Shown here: in pieces, positions 29,031-42,213 of the stretch | How the letters are laid out: every line of letters starts with the position of its first letter | How positions within the stretch are numbered: position 1 is the stretch's first letter | NCBI GenBank assembly: GCA_964016885.1 | Contig: OZ024743.1 | Coordinates: 343,108,001-343,172,000 of the forward strand | Direction: 5' to 3' | DNA: 64,000 nt | Source of the DNA: Eledone cirrhosa | Taxonomy: Eukaryota | The notes under the pieces: model-generated | Seen by the model: the letters and a program-made list of their open reading frames with translations, nothing else | Told to the model about the DNA's origin: nothing | Database searches by the model: none | Program-made: the position numbers and the translations under genes

Positions 29031-32000
29031 CTCCTGGTTCGTCTCTGATTGAGCAGACATACCTAAAAATCCAATACCAGACATGAGCATACTGCCTTAT
29101 TAGGAATATTGAGCAATGCATTATCCAATGTGTACTCTTTTTCAGAGCGGTATGTCATTTGAGGGAGATTTAGATACTATTTCTAGCAGGTCAAACGACC
29201 AAAAAGGCGCTCCCTAGTTAGCTCGTGTAAGGCATTATGTTTTACTATACCATTGTATTTTAACGGTTTGTAAACTTATTTGGTAATTTGAAGAACTATA
29301 TATACGTTCTATGTTGACGGTAACTTCCCAGTAAATAAAGCTTGAAAAATAGATTTCAAGTCCTGTTTGAAAGCCGCTTAACACACATAACTAAACTTCA
29401 TGAAAGCATTATAAGTATTGCAACTACCTATCTCTCCTCTCCTTTTCTTTGTATAAGAATAACCATCGATCTCCGGTGGTTTTCTTCGAACTGCAGCCCT
29501 TTCGTCTTTTAGGAGTATCTTAAACTATGGTATCAATAGTGTCTTTCACTTTTTTCTTTAAGATTTTGGGGAGATTTGGCAGCTATTTCTAGCAGTTCGA
29601 GTGACCACATAGAGGTTCTCTCGTTGGTTTGATCTCTCTCGTCTATAGAGGGCCCTCGTCTATAGAGGGCCCTGAAATCTGTGGCGTCGCCCACTGAAAT
29701 AATTCCTCTCTAGGGTGTTTACATAAAATATACGTAATTTACAAATTGTAGTTAAGTGACGAATGAAACCACTTACATCATTTCTTTGGAATCTGTACAA
29801 GAATGTGATTTCTGTTTATGCAATCAGAAGAGAAACATAGCCCATCCAGGTTTATGTTCTAAATTATGGTTCTCTAGATCACGTGTTTAGTTGCATACTC
29901 TTATTTGAGAATATAACAAAAAAAAATGAACAATTAATCATTGAATAAAACCGAAATGGTTGTGTATGTGCCTGAGCGTGTGTGTGTGTGTTTCTTTGTA
30001 TTTTTGTTGTTGACTTTTTGGTTTTGTTATTGTTTGGGGGTTTTGTTTTTTTTTTGTTTTTTTTTGTTGTTGTTTTTTTGCTGCGCAGGGTTTTTTTGTT
30101 TTTTTTTTAGGTGGGATAAATTTATTTTCATTTTACCTGTTCGCTTGGAATACCTGTTCTTCGTGGTACATAGTTATATTTACTTTTATTCTTGTTTTTA
30201 TGTCAACTCATCGTTCTCGTTGTCGTCAATGTCATCATCATCATCAGCATCATCATCATCATCATCATCACCACCACTGTCGTTGTTATAGTATTGTCAC
30301 AGAAGGTAGTATAGTTGACGCCAGGGTAGATAATTTATTATATGTAAATAGCTACTTGACGTTTTTAGTTCAAATCCTGCCACAGTGGATATTATTCTAC
30401 GTCTCTTGTAACGAGAAATTTAATATTGGAAGTATAAAAGAAGCGGCTTCATGTCTAGTAAAACGGTATGTTCTCTGGTTTCCTCTGGTGGTTTATCGTA
30501 TCATGCTTGGTGAGAAGATATTTCTAGCCTCTAGTTCAAACCCTCATTTATTTTTTCTTGGAGGAAAGAGACTCTCTTCGTTCGAACCTCCCACAACACA
30601 AAGTAGGTGATTCTGAAAGACAGGGAAAAAGAGAGAAGAGTCATTCTTCATTCCTGTAATTGACTGGCACTTTATTTGCTGAACCCAGAAAGAAGAAAGA
30701 CAAATATGAACACGGTGGATTTGAACTCAGAATACAAAGAACAAGAACAAATGCCACAAAGCATTTGACCGACGCTCTACCAATTCTGCCAATCAACCGT
30801 TTTGTCACATGAAGTGCATTGTGCTATTAGGTAACGGCTCATTATGCTATGAGAGAGAATCTCGCCAACGTCAACTGTTTTTCATCCTTCCTTTGATCGA
30901 TAAAATAAAGTACCAGTCAAATCTTAGGGCCGTTATATTCAACTATACTGATACTCCAAATTTGTAGGCATAATATTTAGGGGGAAGGGTTTGAGTCGAT
31001 GACATCTGGCCAAAGTGCTGCGTTGTAAAGCCAAATTCAAAACCACGTAGTTGCAAAACGAAATTCTTAACCAAACATCATGTTTGTACTCCTATAGCTA
31101 AAGGGATCTAAATACATTAATTCCCTTATTGGGGATAGCTTTAGACAAAATATTAGTGTATTTCTTTAGTCTTTTATTGGTTTCAGTCATTAGATTGCGG
31201 TCATTCTGGGGCACCGCCTTGATTAAGTCGAACATATTGACTTCAGTACTTATCTCATTTAAGTCTGATACATATTATCGATCTTTTGCAGGACATAAAC
31301 ACAAACTTAAGCACACACTCACACACACTCACACACACACTCACTCACACCACACACGTATATGTGTATGTGTGTATGTGCGTACGTGCGTGTGTGTCTC
31401 CACTAAAACTAACCGAATAAGCAACACGGGGGAACGATAGAGTACAATGAAGATATATATTAGTTTAACGCTTAATATAGTAGGAAAATAGTCTTAACGT
31501 TTCGGATGTTAGTCTTTCATCAGAAGCTAGAATGAGAGATAAAAGAAGAATCGGTCAATCTGAAGCTATAGTAAGAGACATTTACACCCGTCACAATTTC
31601 TTGATATCTCGATACACAAATATTTACTTGGCTGCTTGATCTACGCATGCGTGAAAATTTGCGCCATGCTTCATTGGCAGTAGACGTACTCCGTTTACTA
31701 ACAAGTAAATATTTAATTTATGTTTTCAAAGAAGCCATCTGAATTTCTTCGGTATTGTCCGTTTTATATATTAAAATGACCAATACTATCTTCTCAGTGG
31801 AAACTGCGGTAATGGCGAGATTAACAGTGAAACAAGCTTATTTTAGGTAGCTTTACTAGGAATCGACCAATAGCTAACTTTGTAAAAGTTATTATATATA
31901 TATATATGCAAATTAGTACGTCCATTTAAGAATAAACTAAGAGTGAATGGGTATATATACACCCATAAAATATATGTTTCCTTGTTGTCGTTTAGATGAT

Positions 32001-32189
32001 ATACACGCCTAGTGATGAGGATCCAATTAGGTCCAAAAATCGATTAATTGTATTTGTCATTTTTTTTTATCTACAGGGAATTTCGTATTTTCTGGCATGT
32101 TTACTTACCTACATATTAAATATATGAATATGTATATACACATTGGTGCAGCCTCGGCTTCTCATTCCGTATGTATACAGATATAACTT

Positions 32190-32290
<101 letters not shown>

Positions 32291-32357
32291 CTAAAAGGTA
32301 AACAGAAATAACAACACAATCGGTTCAGTATATGGAAGGGATATATTAGGTTATATA

Positions 32358-32397
<40 letters not shown>

Positions 32398-33662
32398 AAC
32401 CAGTAAGACCCCGACAGCTGAGCTCAAGCCGTTTCGACGGCTAATTCTGGACTAAATGAACATTTATCCTGGTATTTAAATAGCCGATCTTCTCAAGGGG
32501 TAATTCCATATATGGTCAAAGTGATTGTCAAAAATCAGTAGTAATTCTGTGGTTGCAAATTAGTAGGGGAGATGGTGGCTAAACCTGCCAGTAGGAGAAA
32601 GAGGGGAGGGGGTGGAGTAGACCCAATCAAGCGTTGGTAGTGCCAGCTACAGCTGGGCATGAGGTCAAAGAAGATACAGGGGAGGGGGAGGGGGAGGAAG
32701 TCGGAACGGTAGGTAGAACAATGGGGGGTAAAAATAGGAAAGAAAAAATACTGAGAGTGAAGAAAAGCAAAAAAGTGTAAAGAAAAAATTAAATTCTACG
32801 ACCTAGGTGTCAGGCTATTGTTAGGCGAGAATAAAATAAAGAAAGAAAGAAAGAAGTAAATAAATAAATAAATAAATAAATAAGGAAATAAGTAAAAGAA
32901 CTAGGTGGGACGAATTAAGCAAGGACCCTTTTAAGAGGTATAAGTACGTAAATGATACGGTGACTGGTCAACAAAAGGGGCCAAAATACTAAAGAGACTA
33001 CCACGAAATAAACAATAAAGGTTTCCATCCCGGGCCAGCAACGACCCAGTGCAGCAAAGTGAACTTGTACGACATAATAATTCTGAGTCCCGGGAAAAAT
33101 ATATACTAATGCTAACTCTAAAAGATCTAAAACAAGCTACATGAAAGTTCGTACGAAATAAAGGTAGAATACGGAGAAATAAGTTCAGAATCCACCCCGC
33201 CCAGAAGAAAAGCGAAGCAAGAAATACTGAAACGAAAAAATAAGGCATAAGTGCCACTAAGAAATAAAGAGGGCACAGAGAATAGTGGGAGCGGTCGGAA
33301 AAGGGGGGCAAGTATCCGGGGTCTAAGCCAACTGCTATAAAGGGCGGAGTCCGCCAAATCTATCAAAGACTAGGGGAGGGGGGAGTGGGGGTACTAAGGC
33401 TACATGGGGCCAAAGGGCAGCCTCGGGTGGGCGAGAAAAGACGCCGACAAAGGAGAAGAGCTGGGGTAGAAGGACAAAGGAGAGAGGGGGGAAGGAAATA
33501 AAGGATGCGATAAAAGAATACAAAGAAGATCTTACGTCTTCCTTGGCAAGCAGGGGTTACCCATTGCAAAATCGGCAACTGGGGTGTTAAAGCCCTAGTC
33601 TACCCCCCCGGGTCATTATGGGGTTTGAGGGCGAGGTAAGTCCTACGCAATCTATGTTTACA

Positions 33663-34319
33663 GAGGTGACTACTCCCATCGGGAAACTATTCTTTAGGCT
33701 CATTGAAAAACACTTCCCATTACAACACCGCTACCACAACATAATTAACAAAAATACCATCAAACTCTCTTACAGCACTACACCAAACTTCGCACAAAAC
33801 ATCGTCTCCTCTAACAACAAAAAACTCAACCCCGATGGCAGAAATAACCTAAATAGCAGTGGAGAACCGACCAGGAGGTGTAACTGCCCGGATAGATCTA
33901 TTTGCCCACTCGACAATAGATGCAGAGACCGTAATGTGATCTACCAGTGCAACGTGAGGACGGATACCTCCAACAAAGCCTATATAGGACTTACCGCATG
34001 TGACTTCAAGACCCGGCTATACCAACATAGACATACCTTCCGAAACCCGGCCCGGCGTCACGCCACTACACTTTCGGGCCACATATGGGACCTCAAGGAC
34101 AACAACATCACCTATGATCTCACTTGGAGATTACTGTCCAGAGCCAATTCTTACACGGGAGGACGCCGTCCGTGCAATTTATGCTCGGAGGAAACTTTAC
34201 AAATGCTGTTTTCGACGGACCAACTCCTAAACAAGAAAGATGAACTGGTTACTGCATGTAAACATAGATTGCGTAGGACTTACCTCGCCCTCAAACCCCA
34301 TAATGACCCGGGGGGGTAG
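33663..34319 (+). CDS. PLE C-terminal thumb/linker + GIY-YIG endonuclease (truncated; ORF start in the track comes from the inversion)
   Basis: KHFP..H.Y..IINKNTIKLSYSTTPN, CNC..CPL..C, VIYQC..AYIGLT..FKTRLYQH, C.LC.EE. Confidence 0.88.
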   Translation, partial: EVTTPIGKLFFRLIEKHFPLQHRYHNIINKNTIKLSYSTTPNFAQNIVSSNNKKLNPDGRNNLNSSGEPTRRCNCPDRSICPLDNRCRDRNVIYQCNVRTDTSNKAYIGLTACDFKTRLYQHRHTFRNPARRHATTLSGHIWDLKDNNITYDLTWRLLSRANSYTGGRRPCNLCSEETLQMLFSTDQLLNKKDELVTACKHRLRRTYLALKPHNDPGG

Positions 34320-35417
34320 ACTAGGGCTTTAACACCCCAGTTGCCGATTTTGCAATGGGTAACCCCTGCTTGCCAAGGAAGACGTAAGATCTTCTTTGTA
34401 TTCTTTTATCGCATCCTTTATTTCCTTCCCCCCTCTCTCCTTTGTCCTTCTACCCCAGCTCTTCTCCTTTGTCGGCGTCTTTTCTCGCCCACCCGAGGCT
34501 GCCCTTTGGCCCCATGTAGCCTTAGTACCCCCACTCCCCCCTCCCCTAGTCTTTGATAGATTTGGCGGACTCCGCCCTTTATAGCAGTTGGCTTAGACCC
34601 CGGATACTTGCCCCCCTTTTCCGACCGCTCCCACTATTCTCTGTGCCCTCTTTATTTCTTAGTGGCACTTATGCCTTATTTTTTCGTTTCAGTATTTCTT
34701 GCTTCGCTTTTCTTCTGGGCGGGGTGGATTCTGAACTTATTTCTCCGTATTCTACCTTTATTTCGTACGAACTTTCATGTAGCTTGTTTTAGATCTTTTA
34801 GAGTTAGCATTAGTATATATTTTTCCCGGGACTCAGAATTATTATGTCGTACAAGTTCACTTTGCTGCACTGGGTCGTTGCTGGCCCGGGATGGAAACCT
34901 TTATTGTTTATTTCGTGGTAGTCTCTTTAGTATTTTGGCCCCTTTTGTTGACCAGTCACCGTATCATTTACGTACTTATACCTCTTAAAAGGGTCCTTGC
35001 TTAATTCGTCCCACCTAGTTCTTTTACTTATTTCCTTATTTATTTATTTATTTATTTATTTACTTCTTTCTTTCTTTCTTTATTTTATTCTCGCCTAACA
35101 ATAGCCTGACACCTAGGTCGTAGAATTTAATTTTTTCTTTACACTTTTTTGCTTTTCTTCACTCTCAGTATTTTTTCTTTCCTATTTTTACCCCCCATTG
35201 TTCTACCTACCGTTCCGACTTCCTCCCCCTCCCCCTCCCCTGTATCTTCTTTGACCTCATGCCCAGCTGTAGCTGGCACTACCAACGCTTGATTGGGTCT
35301 ACTCCACCCCCTCCCCTCTTTCTCCTACTGGCAGGTTTAGCCACCATCTCCCCTACTAATTTGCAACCACAGAATTACTACTGATTTTTGACAATCACTT
35401 TGACCATATATGGAATT

Positions 35418-35511
35418 ACCCCTTGAGAAGATCGGCTATTTAAATACCAGGATAAATGTTCATTTAGTCCAGAATTAGCCGTCGAAACGGCTTGAGCTCA
35501 GCTGTCGGGGT
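35418..35511 (+). ncRNA. Type I hammerhead ribozyme with U3-A8 core and full stem III (mirror copy at 32408-32501, minus)
   Basis: acccc-TTGAGAA-gatcggcta..tagccgtc-GAAA-cggct tgagctc agctg-TC-ggggt; cleavage predicted after C35506. Confidence 0.75.
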
Positions 35512-35602
35512 CTTACTGGTTCCTATTACCCACTCTACTACCTCAAGTATTGAGTACTTTGGTGCGTTATGGTCCACCTGGTTCCTTACCACATTTCCTT
35601 CG

Positions 35603-35645
<43 letters not shown>

Positions 35646-35987
35646 CGATCATCATACCAAAAACTTAACATTATTTGTCTAAGCAGACAGTACATGATTT
35701 AGGAGTTGCAGAAACCCCATACTGGATATTACCAACCTTCCAGGGGTCGGGTATAATTTTCAATTATATTATTATTATTTGTTTGACCCGAATTACTTGG
35801 TCGTTTCTATAGCTGTGCGGATAATGGTTTAACCATCGTCTCAGTGTGTTTGACCTTTTAACTTATGTTGTTGCTCTACTTCACTAGCTTCTATGGAGCG
35901 TTCACCACACATCACGGAAGTTGTTTTTCGCTAATTTACAATAGCCGAAATACGATTCTCGCTAATTTATATTTGTATATATATATA

Positions 35988-38900
35988 CTAGCAGAAGTGC
36001 CCGGTGTTGCTCGGAGTTTAATTGCTTTAAAGTACTTTTAATGATTCCACTCAATTATGAATATTGAGGCATTGAAAGTAAATACGGGTAAGTTTGAAAA
36101 TATATGATATGTCAGACCGGCAAGACTGCAGTGGTGCTGAATAGAGGAGTCACAACACCTCTATGTAGACTACATTTTTTGTTCTGCCTTTGGGCGCAAG
36201 TATGAATAAGTTCTGCTTGCATCCCACTCTTGAGCATGCGACGTATAATTGGCCGTGTGAGAAGCACGGCTGGGCTAAATGCAGGCCTGCCGTTCATAGC
36301 GTTTGACCTTGGGACTTGTTGATTGACATCGCGAAGCAAAGTTTAACGAGGAATTGAAGTCGGCGCAGAGTACAGGGGCATTCCGTACCTGATGGAGTTA
36401 ATGGTATTCTGGCTATGAAGACGTTTTCTCCAGCGCCGCAGCCCGTGAGAATTGTGGCTTCAATTACATGCGGCAGGAGGTTTCTTACCACTAACCGTGT
36501 TCCGTTGCAGAGATGTGGTGGTTCCAGGTTCCTCAACAGCATGACTGGATTCCCAACTTTGACACGCAGTTCATGAGATGGCAGTCCACAGAGGTCCAAG
36601 GAATTGAGGAATTCTGTTGGAAAATCGTCAACCTCATCTTTGTCCACCACTTTGTCCACAGATTTGTAGGTACGGAGGTTTCCAGGAATGCGTTGCAGAA
36701 GGTCCTCATTGATTTTTGCAACTGAGACATTTTTGGGAGCCAATATGGCTCTATCGCATAGCCAACTCGTGTTTTTGTAGTTGGTCGCAATATCGGGAAA
36801 GACAGAGGCTGTGAGGTCGTCAACAGTGTCGACAACGGTGCCTACTTGCGAGACTGCCATTTCTCCAGCTGCATCTGAAGGTGCAGTGCCGTCACCAACT
36901 GTTAAGAGGTCCTTTGAAGTCGGCTGCTGAGTGGTCGCCGAGCAGTTGGGCTCTCATGTTTGTTGTGAGGGTCAGGATTGTCACTTCCTGCCACAGGGGA
37001 GATGACTTAATGCAAGCCCCACAGTGTCGGCCCTAGTGGCTTTTGGAACAACTGGAAGAGTTTGTCGAAAATCGCCAGACAGCAGTAGAGGTACTCCTCC
37101 CATCGGTCGGTTGCATTCCCTGATGTCTCGTAGGGTTCTGTCTAACGCCTCAAGGGACCCTTTATGGGCCATTGTGCATTCGTCCCACACAATTAGGTGG
37201 CATCTTTTCTTTGTCAGAGTCCTTGGTGATGTTGCAGGTTATTGTGTCGTCTGAAGTCGTGTTGAATGGCAGTTTAAATGCGGAATGAGCTGTCCTACCT
37301 CCGGGCAGCAGAGTTGCGGCAATGCCAGAAGAAGCCACAGCCAGGGCGATTCCTTTCTGCTGTCGCACTTTGGAGAGGAGGAGTTTATTGACGAATGTTT
37401 TACCAGTTCCTCCTGGGGCGTCCAAAAAGAAGATACCTCCACTGCGTTGACGAATGGAAGTGCAAACTGTGTCATACGCATGCCGTTGGTCTTGCAACAA
37501 TTTCGGTTCGTTTTCGTTGATGAACAGTTCGAGGGCGTGGACGTCGTAGGCATTTTCCTGAATTATGCCCCTCGGAAGTTTGTCGGAGCCCGTTCGCTGA
37601 ACTTTTGGCAGTCCATAGAATGGAAGGTCATTTCCACCGGCAGTTAGGATTTTGTCCTCGATGTCAATGAGAGCTTTGTTGAAGAATTCGTCGCTGAGTC
37701 GTACGTCGGAATGAGGAAGTAGTAGTTGTCCTTGGTGTATGTAGTCATCGGAAAGGTCCTCTTTGTATTTGTCCCATAAGGATGCAGGGTCGCTTAACTC
37801 GCATGTCTGCAGTAGCACCGCAAAGAGTTGCCGAAGAGTTCGCGCTGAGAGTATTATAGCTTCCTCCACCAATGTCGCATCCCACTGAGCGCCATCTTCC
37901 AGTAGACCCCGTCTAAGGCAGACTGCGCGGAATGAAGTACAAAGCTCTCTGTTGATTGTTTTCAGATCGTCGAAAGATGTCGGTCCTACCACGTCATGCA
38001 GTAGAAGGCGGAGATAAAAGCATTCCTGTTGGTTAGGATGAATGGTGTACACTCTCCCAAGAGTAGGGGACATTTTAATGTCTGGATGTCCCTCGATGGG
38101 TTGTCCTTTCACCCTTCTTAACCAAATTCTGTTGTCTGTGTTCCATGTGTAGTATGATGACACCTGAGAGTAGAAGATGGTCTTGGCAAAGGGATCGTTT
38201 CGGCATAACTTAAAAAATTCCGTAAGTGTGGTGTCCTTGGGTTCCTCTGCTATCTCAGCAGCGGTGGAGGCGGTGAAGTAGACTCTTTGACCGTTTTCAA
38301 GGTGCACCGCCAACTGTTTGATTGGGGGGGGGGGGGTAGTTATGGTGTATTGCAAAGTGAAAGAATCGCCAGAACGCTTCATTGATGCTGATGTATCGGC
38401 CGACCTGGTATTGAGTTACTTCGTCTCGGTTGTTCTCCATTGTAAGACCAAATGACGCAGCATCGGACCCCTTATTGATATACTTGCAGACGTACTTTAT
38501 CGATTTGACGGAGTGGCAGTATTCAACGTTAATGTGGGCGGTAAACAATTTAAGCAGAAGTGGGCAGTAGGGTACAATCCACCGGTTGTCGACGTGGTGA
38601 TGTGGTGTTTTCGCAACAATTCCTCCGTCCGCTGGCTCCCTGCAGCGGTATAATGGATAACCGTCGCCACCTGTCCGAGTTTCTCGGAGGAATGGCTTAG
38701 GATACCTCTTGGTTCACCTTCTTTCTTTAATACATGGAGAATTCATGTTGAAACCGTTTCCGCATGGCCCATGAACCATGTGAGCAGTGACGATGTTGTG
38801 GAGTTCTCTGTCCAATTTCGGGTCGGGTATTTCTGCTGAAATGATGCTGTCAATGCTGCTTGCGTTGATTTTCGTTATCAACCAAATGAGTAGGTGAGCG

Positions 38901-40860
38901 TGTGGCAGGCCTCTCTTTTGCCACTCAACGGTGTATATGTAGCCCCTAACAGGTCCAAAGGCCTTACCTGATTTTAGGAGTTCAATAAGTTTTGTCAACT
39001 TCAAAGTGAAAGACTCGTGCCGTAAGATCGTGTCTGTCTGACGCCCTTTGTCCGGAGAATAATTCCGCTGTAATTTCATTCAACTTAGGGTTGCATGTTG
39101 AAGTGATGAAGAGATCCAGTCTGCTGTAGAGACGCACGTACGTCATAGCATCCTGTGTGCGTTCACTCATGTATCGGGGACTCCTAATGAAGGTCGACGG
39201 AAGGATACAATGTTTTCCTAGGTTCTCGGGATCGACGTCATTCCTTACTCCATCCCGTAAGTGAATGTAGCTGTCCGAACGAAGGCGTGCTTGATTGTTC
39301 CTTATGTAGCACAGCCTTTCAGATTCCATCTTTGCGCACGCGTCTACAGCAAGCTTGTTGAAGAGTACTCTTGCACGGTGGAGTTGGTTAAAGCAGCATT
39401 CGCGGACCATGAATCGGTAGGTGTAGAATTGCATAGAGGAAACAGTTTTGTTGCTGTTGCACAAAGGAATTCCAAAGTGGTATCCGTCGTAACCGAATGG
39501 GAAAAGTAGGGGATATTGCAATGCGTCGTAGGACCTATGCGTCTCGCTGATCCGTTGCAGACTATTGTCCCTACACTGAAGTATGATGTCCCGCTTGTTG
39601 TACTGTTCTCCATGAAGAAGCACAGCTATTTCATTCAACGTGAGAGTGTTAAAACGTCTGGCGTGGGTGCCTGGTGGTTTCTTGTCAGCGTCGATTATAA
39701 CAGCAAAATTTGGCAACGGAGCAGCCTCCAATGCGCATTTAAAACTGCGAATGTAGTTGTTGTTTTCGTGCAGCATTCTCTGGAGTTGCAACAGAATGTT
39801 CATGTCTGTGCCAGGCGAAATTGAAGCGCGTCGTTCCGCTTGGTCCAAATAGTCAGTGACAAAGTATAGCTGTAGGAACTGGGGCTGTCCGTCTGTCGTG
39901 GGCAGTAGCGAACCGATTCTGTCGTAAATTTGTCCTTGAACTTTAAAGGTAGGCATGAAGCCGTCCTCGCGTATGATGTTAGCTCCGAAAGAGGTCATTT
40001 GGAAGGCAGCGTTGTATCTCTTGGAACATCGAAGGAAGTGTTCCGACTCCGCTGTGGAACCGGTCAGTAGAGACTTCAAAGGTTGTGGTGGTTCCTGTAG
40101 AGGAGGCAGTTTCACTTTGCCGTCGTCAGAGCAGCACATCCCTGAAGTCTCCCCAGGCCATTTTTTTCCCGACAATATTGGCAAATGTCAGACATGGATC
40201 CAATCTGAACTGTTGGCATCAGTGCATAGTTTACTGTTGGGTCATAGTGGAAAGCCTTATGAGACCCCTGAGTGCAACTGATCCTCTGTGTACCTCGTTT
40301 AGCACTCCTGCGGAGTGCGTTGGCGTTTAGCCTTTGTAATTGAAGTTGCGCAGTCTCTGATGCGCGAACGGAAGCTGTTGAAGCGGCGTCCGTACGTTGA
40401 CGTTTGGAATGCTGCCCTTCGTCCTCGGCAGCACGTGACGCAGCAGTTGAGGCGGCATCTCTTCGTCGTCGACTGTAACGGTGTTCTTCGTCCTCACCGT
40501 CACGTGCCGCAGCGGTGGAGGCCGCATTTTTGCTTCGTCGTCGAGAATGTTGTTCATCAGTTTGCGCTGCACGTGCAACTGCAGTTACAAATGCATTTCC
40601 GGAAAGGCGGATGCTCCTCTTTTTTTCTGTCTCGGTTGCCCGGATAATTGCATTTCGAGTTGCATTTTGTGACAACCGAGTCAATTTCTCTACGGACAAC
40701 TCTGTAGCTCTTCTTCGTTTGACAGCAGAAGCAGCTTTAGTTTGGTGACTAAGTCGTGGTCTTTTTTGGGTGTCTTTATTGTAGCAGGACCGAACACGTA
40801 AATATTTATGCAGGTAATGGAGCATGAAAGGGGGATCTATGAAAATGTACATCTACATAT
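35988..40860 (-). mobile_element. Autonomous-type Helitron (Rep-Pif1 helicase), frameshifted
   Basis: Minus-strand pieces: GMCC..GKVKLP, VEWQKRGLPHAH (HUH), KYVCKYINKG (Y2), DAPGGTGKT, WDECTM, GDFRQ, FAMSINKSQGQ; 3' end hairpin ccgagcaacaccggg..CTAG|T at 35988-36015. Confidence 0.93.
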
Positions 40861-41661
40861 GCATACTGAAATACTAGTGTACTACAACGAAACTAGTTCA
40901 ATATTCCTTGTCTGGCTTTCTGGAGAATAGGGGGAAGGTGTTCCCCCGAAAAACCAGTATGACTCTAAAAACCGGTTTGTCTGTGTGTTTACATACAGAA
41001 TAGCTGGGCCGCTCACTGTAAAGCGACCAGTGAAAGACTTGGTACACCTACATATGTATACGTGTGTGTATTCATATACACACTAGTATTTCAGTATGCA
41101 TATGTAGGTGTACATTTTTAACTTAATTGTTTAAGCGTCAGTCATACAAAAGTGAGTTACAAACGAAACGAAATTTAATTTCGTTTCGTTATTTGTTTTT
41201 ATCGTCTCCGCTGAACCGGTGCGTACTCACACTCTATGCAAATTAGTCTGCCCACTACTAATTTTCATAGAAAAAGCATATAACGATATGTGCTTTTACA
41301 ATTCTCCAGAAAGGCCGGTAGATAGGTAAATATTGCTGATGAGTTGTAACAACAACGAAACTAGTTCAATATTCCTTGTCTGGCTTTCTGGAGAATAGGG
41401 GGAAGGTGTTCCCCCGAAAAACCAGTATGACTCTAAAAACCGGTTTGTCTGTGTGTTTACATACAGAATAGCTGGGCCGCTCACTGTAAAGCGACCAGTG
41501 AAAGACTTGGTACACCTACATATGTATACGTGTGTGTATTCATATACACACTAGTATTTCAGTATGCATATGTAGATGTACATTTTTAACTTAATTGTTT
41601 AAGCGTCAGTCATACAAAAGTGAGTTACAAACGAAACGAAATTTAATTTCGTTTCGTTATT

Positions 41662-41668
<7 letters not shown>
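40842..41668 (+). mobile_element. Retrozyme-like element: ~1.7 tandem copies of a 468-bp unit with a short inverted head, ending in (TA)n
   Basis: 40884-41200 repeats as 41352-41668 (period 468); 40842-40880 is the reverse complement of ~41548-41586; canonical HHR at the unit junction. Confidence 0.82.
41329..41373 (+). ncRNA. Canonical minimal type I hammerhead ribozyme
   Basis: aatattg-CTGATGA-gttgt aaca acaac-GAAA-CTAG-TT-caatatt: 7-bp stem I, 5-bp stem II, palindromic ACTAGT stem III, GUU site (cleavage after 41366). Confidence 0.88.
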
Positions 41669-41739
<71 letters not shown>

Positions 41740-41824
41740 ATATGTATGTATGTATGTATATTCATATTTAAAGATGCTTCGTTACAAGATGAAACTCCCG
41801 GTATCGCGGTCGGACCTCTACCTC

Positions 41825-42012
41825 GGATTGGCAGTATCGGTAGAGGGTCGGACGCCATGCTTTGACGCATAGAGTTACGGCCCTTGCCATTCTGATGGCA
41901 TTCAAATCCCGCCGAGGTTAACTTTGCCTTTCATCCTTACGGGTTCGATAAAATAAAGTACTAGTAATACACTGAGTAATTGCTGGCCTTGTGCCAAAAG
42001 TAGAAACAATTA
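41825..42012 (+). mobile_element. SINE (dominant family)
   Basis: ggattggcagtatcggtagagggtcggacgcc..gctggccttgtgccaaaagtagaaacaatt. Confidence 0.85.
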
Positions 42013-42046
<34 letters not shown>

Positions 42047-42121
42047 TAATATATAAATGATCAAAGTTATATATACATATATATACATAAATATGTATAT
42101 GTGTGTGTGTGTGTGAGAGAG

Positions 42122-42162
<41 letters not shown>

Positions 42163-42163
42163 A

Positions 42164-42213
<50 letters not shown>

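Larger units (their letters stand above)
32393..35604 (+). mobile_element. Young 5'-truncated PLE with a 1270-bp inverted terminal repeat, inserted in (TA)n
   Basis: 32393-33662 is the collinear reverse complement of 34257-35526 (mirrored ORFs in the track have identical proteins); ~78-nt tail beyond the right arm; (TA)n on both flanks. Confidence 0.92.

Noticed and set aside
33618-33662. ATG start of the 233-aa GIY-YIG ORF
   Set aside because: It lies in the inverted arm, so it is an accidental in-frame fusion rather than a native start.
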